The position numbers were made by a program, and so were the translations under genes. Of a stretch of DNA of 64,000 bases, positions 31,118-42,879 are shown piece after piece. The first letter of the stretch is position 1, and each line of letters starts with the position of its first letter. Origin of the DNA: Escherichia coli (lineage in GTDB: Bacteria; Pseudomonadota; Gammaproteobacteria; Enterobacterales; Enterobacteriaceae); NCBI RefSeq assembly GCF_003018255.1, contig NZ_CP027440.1; one strand, written 5' to 3'. A model generated the notes under the pieces. It ran no database searches. It was not told the origin of the DNA and saw only the letters and a list, made by a program, of their open reading frames with translations.

Positions 31118-32503
31118 TTACGTTTCGCTCACCGGCGTTCTGTCACCATCATACAACGGCACTTTGCGATAGCGGCGGATCAGATACCACAAATATGCGC
31201 CGCCTAACGAAGCCCATACCAGACCGAGTGTCAGTGACGTTGACTCGAGGTTAACCCACAACACACCCACCGTCAGCGCGCCAACCAGCGGCATCAGCAA
31301 ATAGTGGAAGTGATCCTTCCAGCTTTTATTCATTCCTTTACGCCGCCAGAAATGATTAAACACCGACAGATTTACGAAGGTAAATGCCACCAGAGCACCG
31401 AAGTTAATCAATGCTGTCGCGGTGACTAAATCAAAGAACAGCGCTGACAACGCGACAATCCCGACCATAATGACGTTCAGTGCCGGAGTCCGCCATTTCG
31501 GGTGCACATAGCCAAACACGCGCTCCGGAAACACATTGTCACGCCCCATCACATACAGCAGACGCGACACGCTGGCGTGCGACGCCAGGCCAGACGCTAA
31601 CGTGTTCACAAACGTGGTACAGAGGAAAATCGACTGGAAGAGCTTGCCGCCGACGTATAGCGCAATTTCAGGCAGTGCGGCGTCCGGGTCTTTAAAGCGG
31701 CTGATATCGGGAAAGAACAGCTGCATAAAGAACGACGCAGCGATAAAGATAACGCCGCCGTATACCGCCGTCAGGAAGATGGCTTTCGGGATCACGCGTG
31801 CGGCGTCCGGCGTCTCTTCCGAAAGCGTGGTCACCGCATCGAAACCGAGGAAGGAGAAACAGACAATCGTCGCCCCGGTAATAATTGGGATCAGGTGCGC
31901 GTTCTCGCTGATAAACGGCTGAAGTGACCAGACGGTGCCAACGCCTTCTCCTTTATGCAGTCCCTGAACAACCAGGAAGATAAACACCACCATGATGGAG
32001 ATTTGCACCAGTACAAACAAGGTATTGAAGTTAGCGACCAGGTTGACGCTCTTCAGATTCGCGGCGGTTAAAATGGCAACGAAGGTTACCACCCACACCC
32101 ACGGCGGCACTTCCGGGAAGAGGGCGGAGAGATAGATTTTCGCCAACAAAACGTTGATCATCGGCAAAAAGAGATAATCCAGCAGCGATGACCAGCCGAC
32201 CATAAATCCGACGTGCGGGTTAATCGACTTTTGCGCGTAGGTATAGGCCGAACCGGCCTCCGGAAACTGGCGAACCAGTTTGCCGTAGCTGATAGCGGTA
32301 AACAGCACGCCCGCCAGCGCCAGCAAATAGGACGCCGGAACGTGACCGTCGCTAATGCCGGAGACAATACCAAAAGTATCAAATACGGTCATCGGCGTGA
32401 GATAGGCCAGACCCATCATCACCACCTGCCACAATTTCAGTGATTTTCGCAGACGGGTTTTGCCAGGTTGCGCAGCAATATTCAGTGGTGAATTAATAGC
32501 CAT
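31118..32503 (-). CDS. puuP: putrescine:H+ symporter PuuP (APC superfamily)
   Basis: ORF 31118..32557; start at the internal Met ([18 protein letters not shown]…), 461 aa, 12 TM. Confidence 0.92.
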
Positions 32504-32805
32504 AATTGCTGCCTCCCCTGCGTAATAAGGTTTGCGGTCGTGTCGACCTGAAATCAAACCTGTTTAGCAAGGGAAGCAGAGGGGGCGGAGTCCAGTCAGT
32601 CGCAGGAGGGGCGCATACGCAGCCTCCCTCGCCATGCGGGGATTTAATCATCGGCATCATCTCATTTCCTCGTCACAGTCTTAATCGTTAACGGAAGCCC
32701 GTTGCCGCCTGCGCTCCATAACGCGACATCCGGGAAATGTCTGGATTACCAGCAAATGTCAGGCCTGGCTCCGCTCAGGCCGATGAAACAACCCCGCAAG
32801 GGGTA

Positions 32806-34224
32806 TTACGCGTTTTTCAACATCCACTCAATTTCTGTTTCTGTGATGAGGCGCTCAAACTGCAACAGCTCATCATTTTTACAGGCGTGATAGACATGGC
32901 AGAAGCGTTCGCCTAAATAGCGGCGCAGGTGATCATTCTCGATAAACTCACCCAGGGCATCGCTCTGGCGAATCGGGAAGGGTAAGCCTTCCTGTTCCAG
33001 CCCGTTACCTTCGACTTCTTCCTGTAATGGCAGTTCGTTATCAAGGCCATGCAAAATACCGGCAAAAATCGCCGCCATCACCAGATACGGGTTGGCATCG
33101 GCACCCGCCACGCGATATTCCACGCGGTGATTATGGCGATCGCCGCAGGGAATACGCAGGGCGACGGTGCGGTTGTTATGGCCCCACGACGCCTGCGTCG
33201 GTACATACATCCCCGGCTGGAAGCGGCGATACGAGTTCACGTTTGGTGCCAGCAACGCCATTGATGACGGCATCAGGTCAATCATCCCGGCGAGCATCTT
33301 TTTCAGCAGCGGCGAATCTTCGCCTTCCGCGTCAGAAAGCACGTTCTCGCCACGATTATTTTGCATACTGATATGGATATGCATCCCGCTGCCCGCGTGC
33401 TCTTCATACGGCTTCGCCATAAAAGTGGCGTGCATCTTATGCTTTTCTGCCATCAGACGCACCAGGCGTTTTAGTGCCAGCGCATCATCGCAAGCTTCCA
33501 GCACGTTATCGGTATGGTAAAGATTGATTTCAAACTGACCTGGCGAGGCCTCGGCGACCGCGCCATCTGCCGGAATCAGCTGTAACTGCGCCAGCTCATC
33601 AATATCATTGAGCACGTCGGCGAAGTGGTTGAGGTTATCAACGGAGTAAACCTGGCTTTGTGTATTGCGGTCATCGGTGCCGGGCGCGCAGGGCGGTTGC
33701 AGATATCCTTCAGCGTCGCGCTGGCGATCCAGTAAATAGAACTCCAGCTCTACCGCTACGACCGGGAACAATCCGCGCTGGCGCAGCTGCTGCCACAGGC
33801 GGTTAAGAACGTTCCGCGGCTCAACGTCAAAGGGAGCGCCATCTTCATCGACCATGGTCAGGAGCATCTGACCTATAAACTCTGGATCGGCGGCAGAAGG
33901 GGTTAAGGAACCGAGAACAGGAACACAGGTACGATCCGGCTCGCCCATTTCCTGACCCAGGCCCGCTTCTTCTACTACGTTGCCCAGAATATCCATTGCA
34001 AACACCGAGGCCGGGAAATAACACCCTTTCTCGAGCTTCTTCAGGCTTGAAACAGGAATACGTTTTCCACGGAAGCAACCATTCAAATCGGTAAGTAAAA
34101 CATCAACATATTGCGTATTCGGGTAGCGCTCCAGGTAGCGTTTCACTTCCTGCGTAAAGGCGCTACCCCGCCTCTCTTCTGACTGCTGAACAAAGTTCTC
34201 TACTTCAACGATATTGGTTTCCAT
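32806..34224 (-). CDS. puuA: gamma-glutamylputrescine synthetase (glutamine-synthetase family)
   Basis: ORF 32806..34302; start at the internal Met (METNIVEVENFVQQSEERRG…), 472 aa. Confidence 0.93.
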   Translation of the reverse strand: METNIVEVENFVQQSEERRGSAFTQEVKRYLERYPNTQYVDVLLTDLNGCFRGKRIPVSSLKKLEKGCYFPASVFAMDILGNVVEEAGLGQEMGEPDRTCVPVLGSLTPSAADPEFIGQMLLTMVDEDGAPFDVEPRNVLNRLWQQLRQRGLFPVVAVELEFYLLDRQRDAEGYLQPPCAPGTDDRNTQSQVYSVDNLNHFADVLNDIDELAQLQLIPADGAVAEASPGQFEINLYHTDNVLEACDDALALKRLVRLMAEKHKMHATFMAKPYEEHAGSGMHIHISMQNNRGENVLSDAEGEDSPLLKKMLAGMIDLMPSSMALLAPNVNSYRRFQPGMYVPTQASWGHNNRTVALRIPCGDRHNHRVEYRVAGADANPYLVMAAIFAGILHGLDNELPLQEEVEGNGLEQEGLPFPIRQSDALGEFIENDHLRRYLGERFCHVYHACKNDELLQFERLITETEIEWMLKNA

Positions 34225-34435
34225 GATTCTTCGCCTTTGGTTTGTTTTCCGCTCGTTATCAAAGCGTAAAATATAATGACCACCATTCGAATCTGTATGC
34301 AAACTAAATGTTTGTCAAATGTTAAATTGAGTTTGCAAAAATGAAAATCCACTGCTAGATTGAAAAAATATTGAACATAAAGGTCATTTAAAGCGCAGTA
34401 ATGGCGATAATTTAGTCCACTTTGTGAGATTGAGC

Positions 34436-35200
34436 ATGGAAAATATAATGAACAATCCGGTTATCGGTGTCGTAATGTGCAGGAACAGGCTTAAGGGTCA
34501 TGCGACCCAGACTCTGCAAGAAAAGTACCTGAATGCCATCATCCACGCAGGCGGCTTGCCAATTGCGCTGCCACATGCGCTGGCGGAACCGTCATTACTT
34601 GAACAACTTTTGCCGAAACTCGATGGTATTTATCTTCCTGGTAGTCCCAGCAATGTGCAGCCGCACCTATATGGTGAAAACGGCGATGAGCCTGACGCCG
34701 ATCCCGGGCGTGATCTTCTGAGCATGGCGTTAATTAATGCCGCACTCGAAAGGCGCATCCCCATTTTCGCCATCTGCCGGGGTTTACAGGAACTGGTGGT
34801 GGCAACCGGTGGTTCGTTGCATCGCAAGCTGTGCGAACAGCCTGAATTGCTGGAACATCGGGAAGATCCCGAACTGCCGGTGGAGCAGCAATATGCGCCG
34901 TCGCATGAAGTTCTGGTTGAAGAGGGGGGATTACTGTCTGCGTTGTTACCTGAATGTAGCAACTTTTGGGTAAACTCTCTGCATGGACAAGGGGCGAAGG
35001 TCGTTAGCCCACGGTTGCGTGTTGAAGCTCGCTCGCCGGATGGCTTAGTTGAGGCGGTTAGCGTCATCAATCATCCTTTTGCGCTGGGCGTACAGTGGCA
35101 CCCGGAATGGAACAGTAGCGAGTACGCGCTTTCGCGTATATTGTTCGAGGGCTTTATCACCGCTTGTCAGCACCATATCGCTGAAAAACAGCGACTCTGA
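34436..35200 (+). CDS. puuD: gamma-glutamyl-gamma-aminobutyrate hydrolase (class-I glutamine amidotransferase-like)
   Basis: ORF 34424..35200; start MENIMNNPVIGVV…; catalytic Cys context …IFAICRGLQ…. Confidence 0.93.
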   Translation: MENIMNNPVIGVVMCRNRLKGHATQTLQEKYLNAIIHAGGLPIALPHALAEPSLLEQLLPKLDGIYLPGSPSNVQPHLYGENGDEPDADPGRDLLSMALINAALERRIPIFAICRGLQELVVATGGSLHRKLCEQPELLEHREDPELPVEQQYAPSHEVLVEEGGLLSALLPECSNFWVNSLHGQGAKVVSPRLRVEARSPDGLVEAVSVINHPFALGVQWHPEWNSSEYALSRILFEGFITACQHHIAEKQRL

Positions 35201-35226
35201 CCACTACAGTTTAAGGAAATGCAAAT

Positions 35227-35784
35227 ATGAGTGATGAGGGACTGGCGCCAGGAAAACGCTTGTCGGAAATCCGCCAGCAGCAGGGGCTTTCACAACGTCG
35301 TGCCGCCGAACTCTCCGGGCTGACTCACAGTGCTATCAGTACGATAGAACAAGATAAAGTCAGCCCTGCCATCAGTACGCTGCAAAAGCTGCTGAAGGTG
35401 TATGGTCTGTCACTCTCGGAATTCTTTTCCGAGCCGGAAAAACCTGATGAGCCGCAGGTCGTCATTAATCAGGACGACTTAATTGAGATGGGCAGTCAGG
35501 GTGTGTCAATGAAGCTGGTTCATAACGGTAACCCGAATCGCACGCTGGCGATGATCTTTGAAACGTACCAGCCGGGCACAACCACTGGGGAAAGAATTAA
35601 GCATCAGGGTGAGGAAATAGGCACTGTACTGGAAGGTGAAATTGTTCTGACGATTAATGGTCAGGATTATCATCTCGTCGCGGGGCAAAGTTATGCCATT
35701 AATACCGGCATCCCGCACAGTTTCAGTAATACGTCGGCAGGTATTTGCCGAATTATCAGCGCCCATACGCCCACCACGTTTTAA
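35227..35784 (+). CDS. puuR: HTH (XRE)–cupin repressor of the puu genes
   Basis: 185 aa; N-terminal XRE-type HTH and C-terminal cupin. Confidence 0.93.
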   Translation: MSDEGLAPGKRLSEIRQQQGLSQRRAAELSGLTHSAISTIEQDKVSPAISTLQKLLKVYGLSLSEFFSEPEKPDEPQVVINQDDLIEMGSQGVSMKLVHNGNPNRTLAMIFETYQPGTTTGERIKHQGEEIGTVLEGEIVLTINGQDYHLVAGQSYAINTGIPHSFSNTSAGICRIISAHTPTTF

Positions 35785-35933
35785 TCTTTTTGTTCTGTAA
35801 GCCGGGTAAGCGCAATGTGCCCGGCAATCCATAAAGAATGTCGCCAGAAATAAACGGGCATGCGGCCCGGGGATCTCTGCGCCCTGACGTTCACAAACTG
35901 CATATATCTGATAGACGTGAAACAGGAGTCATA

Positions 35934-37421
35934 ATGAATTTTCATCATCTGGCTTACTGGCAGGATAAAGCGTTAAGTCTCGCCATTGAAACCCGCTTAT
36001 TTATTAACGGTGAATATACTGCTGCGGCGGAAAATGAAACTTTTGAAACCGTTGATCCGGTCACCCAGGCACCGCTGGCGAATATTGCCCGCGGCAAGAG
36101 CGTCGATATTGACCGTGCGGTGAGCGCAGCACGCGGCGTGTTTGAACGTGGCGACTGGTCACTCTCTTCTCCGGCTAAGCGTAAAGCGGTGCTGAATAAA
36201 CTCGCCGATTTAATGGAAGCTAACGCTGAAGAACTGGCGCTGCTGGAAACGCTCGACACCGGCAAACCGATTCGTCACAGCCTGCGTGATGATATTCCCG
36301 GCGCGGCGCGCGCCATTCGCTGGTACGCCGAGGCTATCGACAAAGTGTATGGCGAAGTGGCGACCACCAGTAGCCATGAGCTGGCGATGATCATGCGTGA
36401 ACCGGTCGGCGTGATTGCCGCCATCGTGCCGTGGAACTTCCCGCTGCTGCTGACTTGCTGGAAACTCGGCCCGGCGCTGGCGGCGGGAAACAGCGTGATC
36501 CTAAAACCGTCTGAAAAATCACCGCTCAGTGCGATTCGTCTCGCGGGGCTGGCGAAAGAAGCGGGGCTGCCGGATGGTGTGTTGAACGTGGTGACGGGTT
36601 TTGGTCATGAAGCCGGGCAGGCGCTTTCGCGCCATAACGATATCGATGCCATTGCCTTTACTGGCTCAACCCGCACCGGGAAACAGCTGCTGAAGGACGC
36701 GGGCGACAGCAACATGAAACGCGTCTGGCTGGAAGCGGGCGGCAAAAGCGCCAACATCGTTTTCGCCGACTGCCCGGATTTGCAACAGGCGGCAAGCGCC
36801 ACCGCCGCAGGCATTTTCTACAACCAGGGCCAGGTGTGCATCGCCGGAACGCGTTTGTTGCTAGAAGAGAGCATCGCCGATGAATTCTTAGCCCTGTTAA
36901 AACAGCAGGCGCAAAACTGGCAGCCGGGCCATCCACTTGATCCCGCAACCACCATGGGCACCTTAATCGACTGCGCCCACGCCGACTCGGTCCATAGCTT
37001 TATTCGGGAAGGCGAAAGCAAAGGGCAACTGCTGCTGGATGGCCGTAACGCCGAGCTGGCTGCCGCCATCGGCCCGACGATCTTTGTGGATGTAGACCCG
37101 AATGCGTCCTTAAGCCGCGAAGAGATTTTCGGTCCGGTGCTGGTGGTCACGCGTTTCACATCAGAAGAACAGGCGCTACAGCTTGCCAACGACAGCCAGT
37201 ACGGACTTGGCGCGGCGGTATGGACGCGCGACCTCTCCCGCGCGCACCGCATGAGTCGCCGCCTGAAAGCCGGCTCCGTCTTCGTCAATAACTACAACGA
37301 CGGCGATATGACCGTGCCGTTTGGCGGCTATAAGCAGAGCGGCAACGGGCGCGACAAATCCCTGCATGCCCTTGAAAAATTCACCGAACTGAAAACCATC
37401 TGGATAAGCCTGGAGGCCTGA
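35934..37421 (+). CDS. puuC: gamma-glutamyl-gamma-aminobutyraldehyde dehydrogenase (NAD(P)-dependent aldehyde dehydrogenase)
   Basis: ORF 35838..37421; start at internal Met (MNFHHLAYWQDK…), 495 aa; catalytic Cys motif …QGQVCIAGTR…. Confidence 0.92.
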   Translation: MNFHHLAYWQDKALSLAIETRLFINGEYTAAAENETFETVDPVTQAPLANIARGKSVDIDRAVSAARGVFERGDWSLSSPAKRKAVLNKLADLMEANAEELALLETLDTGKPIRHSLRDDIPGAARAIRWYAEAIDKVYGEVATTSSHELAMIMREPVGVIAAIVPWNFPLLLTCWKLGPALAAGNSVILKPSEKSPLSAIRLAGLAKEAGLPDGVLNVVTGFGHEAGQALSRHNDIDAIAFTGSTRTGKQLLKDAGDSNMKRVWLEAGGKSANIVFADCPDLQQAASATAAGIFYNQGQVCIAGTRLLLEESIADEFLALLKQQAQNWQPGHPLDPATTMGTLIDCAHADSVHSFIREGESKGQLLLDGRNAELAAAIGPTIFVDVDPNASLSREEIFGPVLVVTRFTSEEQALQLANDSQYGLGAAVWTRDLSRAHRMSRRLKAGSVFVNNYNDGDMTVPFGGYKQSGNGRDKSLHALEKFTELKTIWISLEA

Positions 37422-37422
37422 A

Positions 37423-38703
37423 ATGACCGAACATACCAGCAGTTACTACGCCGCCAGTGCGAATAAATACGCGCCATTCGACACGCTGAATGAGTCGATT
37501 TCCTGCGACGTTTGCGTGGTCGGTGGCGGCTATACCGGGCTGTCTTCCGCGCTGCATCTGGCGGAAGCGGGCTTTGACGTGGTGGTTCTTGAAGCCTCAC
37601 GCATCGGCTTCGGCGCAAGCGGACGCAACGGCGGGCAGCTTGTGAACTCCTACAGCCGCGACATCGACGTCATTGAAAAAAGCTACGGCATGGACACCGC
37701 CCGTATGCTCGGCAGCATGATGTTCGAAGGCGGCGAGATCATCCGCGAACGTATCAAACGTTATCAGATTGACTGCGACTACCGCCCCGGCGGCCTGTTT
37801 GTGGCGATGAATGATAAACAGCTCGCGACTCTGGAAGAGCAGAAAGAGAACTGGGAACGCTACGGCAATAAACAGCTGGAGCTGCTGGACGCCAACGCTA
37901 TTCGCCGCGAGGTCGCCAGCGATCGCTACACTGGTGCGCTTCTGGATCACAGCGGTGGGCATATTCATCCGCTAAACCTCGCCATTGGCGAAGCGGACGC
38001 CATCCGCCTGAACGGAGGGCGCGTGTATGAGCTTTCTGCCGTGACGCAGATCCAGCACACCACGCCAGCCGTGGTGCGGACTGCCAATGGTCAGGTGACG
38101 GCGAAGTATGTGATTGTCGCCGGGAATGCGTATCTGGGCGATAAAGTAGAGCCGGAACTAGCGAAACGCAGCATGCCGTGCGGCACGCAGGTGATCACCA
38201 CCGAGCGGCTGTCGGAAGATTTAGCTCGTTCGCTGATCCCGAAAAACTACTGTGTGGAAGACTGTAACTATCTTCTTGATTACTACCGTCTTACCGCCGA
38301 TAACCGCCTGTTGTACGGCGGCGGCGTGGTCTACGGCGCACGCGACCCGGACGATGTTGAGCGCCTTGTGGTGCCGAAACTGCTGAAAACCTTCCCGCAA
38401 CTGAAGGGCGTGAAAATTGATTACCGCTGGACGGGCAACTTCCTGCTGACCCTGTCACGCATGCCGCAGTTTGGTCGCCTCGATACCAACATCTACTACA
38501 TACAGGGCTACAGCGGCCACGGCGTCACCTGTACCCACCTCGCCGGGCGTTTGATTGCTGAACTGCTGCGCGGTGACGCCGAGCGTTTCGACGCCTTCGC
38601 CAATCTGCCGCATTACCCGTTCCCCGGCGGGCGCACGCTGCGCGTTCCGTTTACCGCGATGGGCGCGGCTTATTACAGCCTGCGCGATCGTCTGGGCGTT
38701 TAA
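37423..38703 (+). CDS. puuB: gamma-glutamylputrescine oxidase (FAD-dependent)
   Basis: 426 aa; N-terminal FAD-binding motif (VCVVGGGYTGLSSA). Confidence 0.93.
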   Translation: MTEHTSSYYAASANKYAPFDTLNESISCDVCVVGGGYTGLSSALHLAEAGFDVVVLEASRIGFGASGRNGGQLVNSYSRDIDVIEKSYGMDTARMLGSMMFEGGEIIRERIKRYQIDCDYRPGGLFVAMNDKQLATLEEQKENWERYGNKQLELLDANAIRREVASDRYTGALLDHSGGHIHPLNLAIGEADAIRLNGGRVYELSAVTQIQHTTPAVVRTANGQVTAKYVIVAGNAYLGDKVEPELAKRSMPCGTQVITTERLSEDLARSLIPKNYCVEDCNYLLDYYRLTADNRLLYGGGVVYGARDPDDVERLVVPKLLKTFPQLKGVKIDYRWTGNFLLTLSRMPQFGRLDTNIYYIQGYSGHGVTCTHLAGRLIAELLRGDAERFDAFANLPHYPFPGGRTLRVPFTAMGAAYYSLRDRLGV

Positions 38704-38740
38704 TTTCCGATTAACAGTGAAGAGTCAAAAGGTGTGAAAC

Positions 38741-40006
38741 ATGAGCAACAATGAATTCCATCAGCGTCGTCTTTCTGCTACCCCACGCGGGGTTGGCGTG
38801 ATGTGTAACTTCTTCGCCCAGTCGGCAGAAAACGCCACGCTGAAGGATGTAGAGGGCAACGAATATATCGATTTCGCCGCAGGCATTGCGGTACTGAATA
38901 CCGGGCATCGCCACCCTGATCTGGTCGCGGCGGTGGAACAGCAATTGCAACAGTTTACCCACACGGCGTATCAGATTGTGCCGTACGAAAGCTACGTCAC
39001 GCTGGCGGAGAAAATTAACGCCCTTGCCCCGGTGAGCGGGCAGGCTAAAACTGCGTTCTTCACCACCGGTGCGGAAGCGGTGGAGAACGCGGTGAAAATC
39101 GCCCGCGCCCATACCGGACGCCCTGGCGTGATTGCGTTTAGCGGCGGCTTCCACGGTCGTACATATATGACCATGGCGCTGACCGGAAAGGTCGCGCCGT
39201 ACAAAATCGGCTTCGGCCCGTTCCCCGGTTCGGTATATCACGTACCTTATCCGTCAGATTTACACGGCATTTCAACGCAGGACTCCCTCGACGCCATCGA
39301 ACGCTTGTTTAAATCGGACATTGAAGCGAAGCAGGTGGCGGCGATTATTTTCGAACCGGTTCAGGGCGAAGGCGGTTTCAACGTTGCGCCAAAAGAGCTG
39401 GTTGCCGCCATTCGCCGCCTGTGCGACGAGCACGGCATTGTGATGATTGCCGATGAAGTGCAAAGCGGCTTTGCGCGTACCGGTAAAATGTTTGCCATGG
39501 ATCACTACGCCGATAAGCCGGACTTAATGACGATGGCGAAAAGCCTCGCAGGCGGGATGCCGCTTTCGGGCGTGGTCGGTAACGCGAATATTATGGACGC
39601 GCCCGCGCCGGGCGGGTTGGGTGGTACCTACGCCGGGAACCCGCTGGCGGTGGCTGCCGCGCACGCTGTGCTCAACATTATCGACAAAGAATCACTCTGT
39701 GAACGCGCGAATCAACTGGGCCAGCGCCTGACAAACACGTTGATTGATGCCAAAGAAAGCGTTCCGGCCATCGCGGCGGTACGCGGTCTGGGGTCTATGA
39801 TTGCGGCAGAGTTTAACGATCCGCAAACGGGCGAGCCGTCAGCGGCGATTGCACAGAAAATCCAGCAACGCGCGCTGGCGCAGGGGCTGCTTCTGCTGAC
39901 CTGTGGCGCATACGGCAACGTGATTCGTTTCCTGTATCCGCTGACCATCCCGGATGCGCAATTCGATGCGGCAATGAAAATTTTGCAGGATGCGCTGAAC
40001 GATTAA
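38741..40006 (+). CDS. puuE: 4-aminobutyrate aminotransferase (PLP-dependent class III)
   Basis: 421 aa; class-III aminotransferase signature. Confidence 0.93.
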   Translation: MSNNEFHQRRLSATPRGVGVMCNFFAQSAENATLKDVEGNEYIDFAAGIAVLNTGHRHPDLVAAVEQQLQQFTHTAYQIVPYESYVTLAEKINALAPVSGQAKTAFFTTGAEAVENAVKIARAHTGRPGVIAFSGGFHGRTYMTMALTGKVAPYKIGFGPFPGSVYHVPYPSDLHGISTQDSLDAIERLFKSDIEAKQVAAIIFEPVQGEGGFNVAPKELVAAIRRLCDEHGIVMIADEVQSGFARTGKMFAMDHYADKPDLMTMAKSLAGGMPLSGVVGNANIMDAPAPGGLGGTYAGNPLAVAAAHAVLNIIDKESLCERANQLGQRLTNTLIDAKESVPAIAAVRGLGSMIAAEFNDPQTGEPSAAIAQKIQQRALAQGLLLLTCGAYGNVIRFLYPLTIPDAQFDAAMKILQDALND

Positions 40007-40021
40007 TAGCCCAACGCAATA

Positions 40022-40106
40022 ATGTCTGATGCGCTGCGCTTATCAGGCCTGCAAACAACGTATTGATTATGTATGCCGGATAAGGCGTTCACGCCGCATC
40101 CGGCAA
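40022..40106. repeat. BIME-like pair of REP elements in opposite orientation between puuE and pspF
   Basis: TGATGCGCTGCGCTTATCAGGCCTGC (40027..40052) and GCCGGATAAGGCGTTCACGCCGCATCCGGCA (40074..40104), both REP consensus-like. Confidence 0.8.
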
Positions 40107-40125
40107 GTTGTATTGCCCAACTTCG

Positions 40126-41103
40126 CTAAATCTGGTGCTTTTTCAACAACGCGCGGAACTGATGATAGGTTAACCCCAGTAATTCAGCCGCGCGCTTCTG
40201 GTTATATTTCCCTTGTTGCAAACTGAGTTGCAGCAACTCTTTTTCCTGCTGCATCTGAAACTCACGTAAATCCAGCGGCAGTGTTGGAAGCGAGGTGATT
40301 TCTGAAACGGCGATAGCGTCTTCAGGCGGACGCCGTTTAAAGGGATCAATAATAATGTCATCAAGCGGATAATCGCTGGTGCCGTGGCGATATACTGAAC
40401 GTTCCACCACGTTTTTCAATTCACGAATATTTCCCGGCCAGCGATAATTCAGCAATGTTTCTCTGGCGCGCTCCGTAAACCCCGGGAACAGAGGCAGCTT
40501 GATTTCCCGACACATCTGGATGGCAAAGTGTTCTGCCATCAGCATAATGTCGCTTTCGCGCTCGCGCAGGGGTGGCAGTTGCACAACATCAAAAGCCAGC
40601 CGGTCGAGCAGGTCAGCGCGAAAAGTGCCTTCATTGACCATCGCCGGGAGATCGGCATTCGTCGCGCATACCAACCGCACATTCACCTGCAATGGCTGGC
40701 TACCGCCAACGCGCTCCAGTTCACCGTACTCAATCACACGCAATAATTTTTCCTGCACCATCATCGGTGCCGTAGCGAGTTCATCAAGAAATAGCGTACC
40801 GCCATCGGCACGTTCAAATCTCCCAGGATGACGTTTTTGCGCACCGGTAAACGCCCCCGCTTCGTGACCAAACAGTTCGGAATCCAGCAGATTTTCATTT
40901 AACGCCGCGCAGTTAAGGGAAATAAACGGCCCTTGCCAACGGGAGGAGAGATAATGCAGGCGGCTGGCAATCAACTCTTTACCGGTGCCGCGTTCGCCGA
41001 TGATGAGCACCGGTTTATCCAGTGGTGCGAGATGCGAAACCTGTTCCAGCACTTCGAGAAAGCTATTCGCCTCACCAAGTAAATTATCTTTGTATTCTGC
41101 CAT
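40126..41103 (-). CDS. pspF: sigma-54-dependent activator PspF (AAA+ bEBP lacking a regulatory domain)
   Basis: ORF 40126..41118; start MAEYKDNLLGEANSF…; Walker A (GERGTGKE), GAFTGA loop, C-terminal HTH. Confidence 0.93.
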   Translation of the reverse strand: MAEYKDNLLGEANSFLEVLEQVSHLAPLDKPVLIIGERGTGKELIASRLHYLSSRWQGPFISLNCAALNENLLDSELFGHEAGAFTGAQKRHPGRFERADGGTLFLDELATAPMMVQEKLLRVIEYGELERVGGSQPLQVNVRLVCATNADLPAMVNEGTFRADLLDRLAFDVVQLPPLRERESDIMLMAEHFAIQMCREIKLPLFPGFTERARETLLNYRWPGNIRELKNVVERSVYRHGTSDYPLDDIIIDPFKRRPPEDAIAVSEITSLPTLPLDLREFQMQQEKELLQLSLQQGKYNQKRAAELLGLTYHQFRALLKKHQI

Positions 41104-41197
41104 GATGAAATTCGCCACTTGTTAGTGTAATTCGCTAATTCATCCTGGCATGTTGCTGTTGATTCTTCAATCAGATCTTTATAAATCAAAAAGATAA

Positions 41198-41938
<741 letters not shown>

Positions 41939-41991
41939 TAACATCCAGGCGGCGTCCGAACGCGCCGCCGCTCATCGTCTAAGGAGTCCTT

Positions 41992-42216
41992 ATGAGCGCG
42001 CTATTTCTGGCTATTCCGTTAACCATTTTTGTGCTGTTTGTTTTACCGATCTGGTTATGGCTGCATTACAGCAATCGTTCTGGTCGCAGTGAATTGTCGC
42101 AAAGTGAGCAGCAGCGATTAGCGCAACTGGCTGATGAAGCAAAACGGATGCGCGAACGTATTCAGGCGCTGGAATCCATTCTTGATGCAGAACATCCGAA
42201 CTGGAGGGATCGCTAA
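41992..42216 (+). CDS. pspB: phage shock protein B
   Basis: 74 aa with a single N-terminal TM helix. Confidence 0.93.
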   Translation: MSALFLAIPLTIFVLFVLPIWLWLHYSNRSGRSELSQSEQQRLAQLADEAKRMRERIQALESILDAEHPNWRDR

Positions 42217-42575
42217 TGGCGGGCATTAATCTCAATAAAAAATTATGGCGTATTCCACAGCAGGGCATGGTCCGTGGCGTCTGCGCCGGGATTGCCAACT
42301 ATTTTGATGTACCAGTAAAACTGGTGCGTATCCTGGTGGTGCTGTCGATTTTCTTCGGTCTGGCGCTGTTTACCCTGGTTGCTTACATCATTTTGTCATT
42401 TGCGCTTGATCCAGTGCCGGACAACATGGCCTTTGGTGAGCAGCTACCTTCCAGCAGTGAATTGCTGGATGAAGTCGACCGTGAACTGGCGGCAAGTGAA
42501 ACGCGTTTACGCGAGATGGAACGTTATGTCACTTCCGATACTTTCACGTTACGTAGCCGTTTCCGTCAACTGTGA
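42216..42575 (+). CDS. pspC: phage shock protein C (PspC domain)
   Basis: 119 aa; start overlaps the pspB stop. Confidence 0.93.
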
Positions 42576-42583
42576 GGAAAGTT

Positions 42584-42805
42584 ATGAATACTCGCTGGCA
42601 ACAGGCCGGGCAAAAGGTGAAGCCTGGTTTCAAATTAGCAGGCAAGCTGGTACTTCTTACCGCGCTGCGCTATGGCCCGGCGGGTGTAGCTGGCTGGGCG
42701 ATAAAATCAGTTGCTCGCCGACCACTGAAAATGTTGCTGGCTGTGGCGCTGGAACCGCTGTTAAGTCGGGCTGCCAATAAACTGGCGCAGCGTTATAAAA
42801 GGTGA
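42584..42805 (+). CDS. pspD: phage shock protein D
   Basis: ORF 42572..42805; start [13 protein letters not shown]…, 73 aa. Confidence 0.88.
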
Positions 42806-42879
42806 GGGGAGTTTCGCAAAAATTGTTAAAGCTAAGGCGTATTATGGATGGCAATTTTCATCCATAGAAGGACGCTTAC

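Noticed and set aside
36605-37618. Several Arg/Cys-rich ORFs on the minus strand
   Set aside because: All are antisense to puuC and puuB; GC-rich coding DNA commonly yields such open frames.
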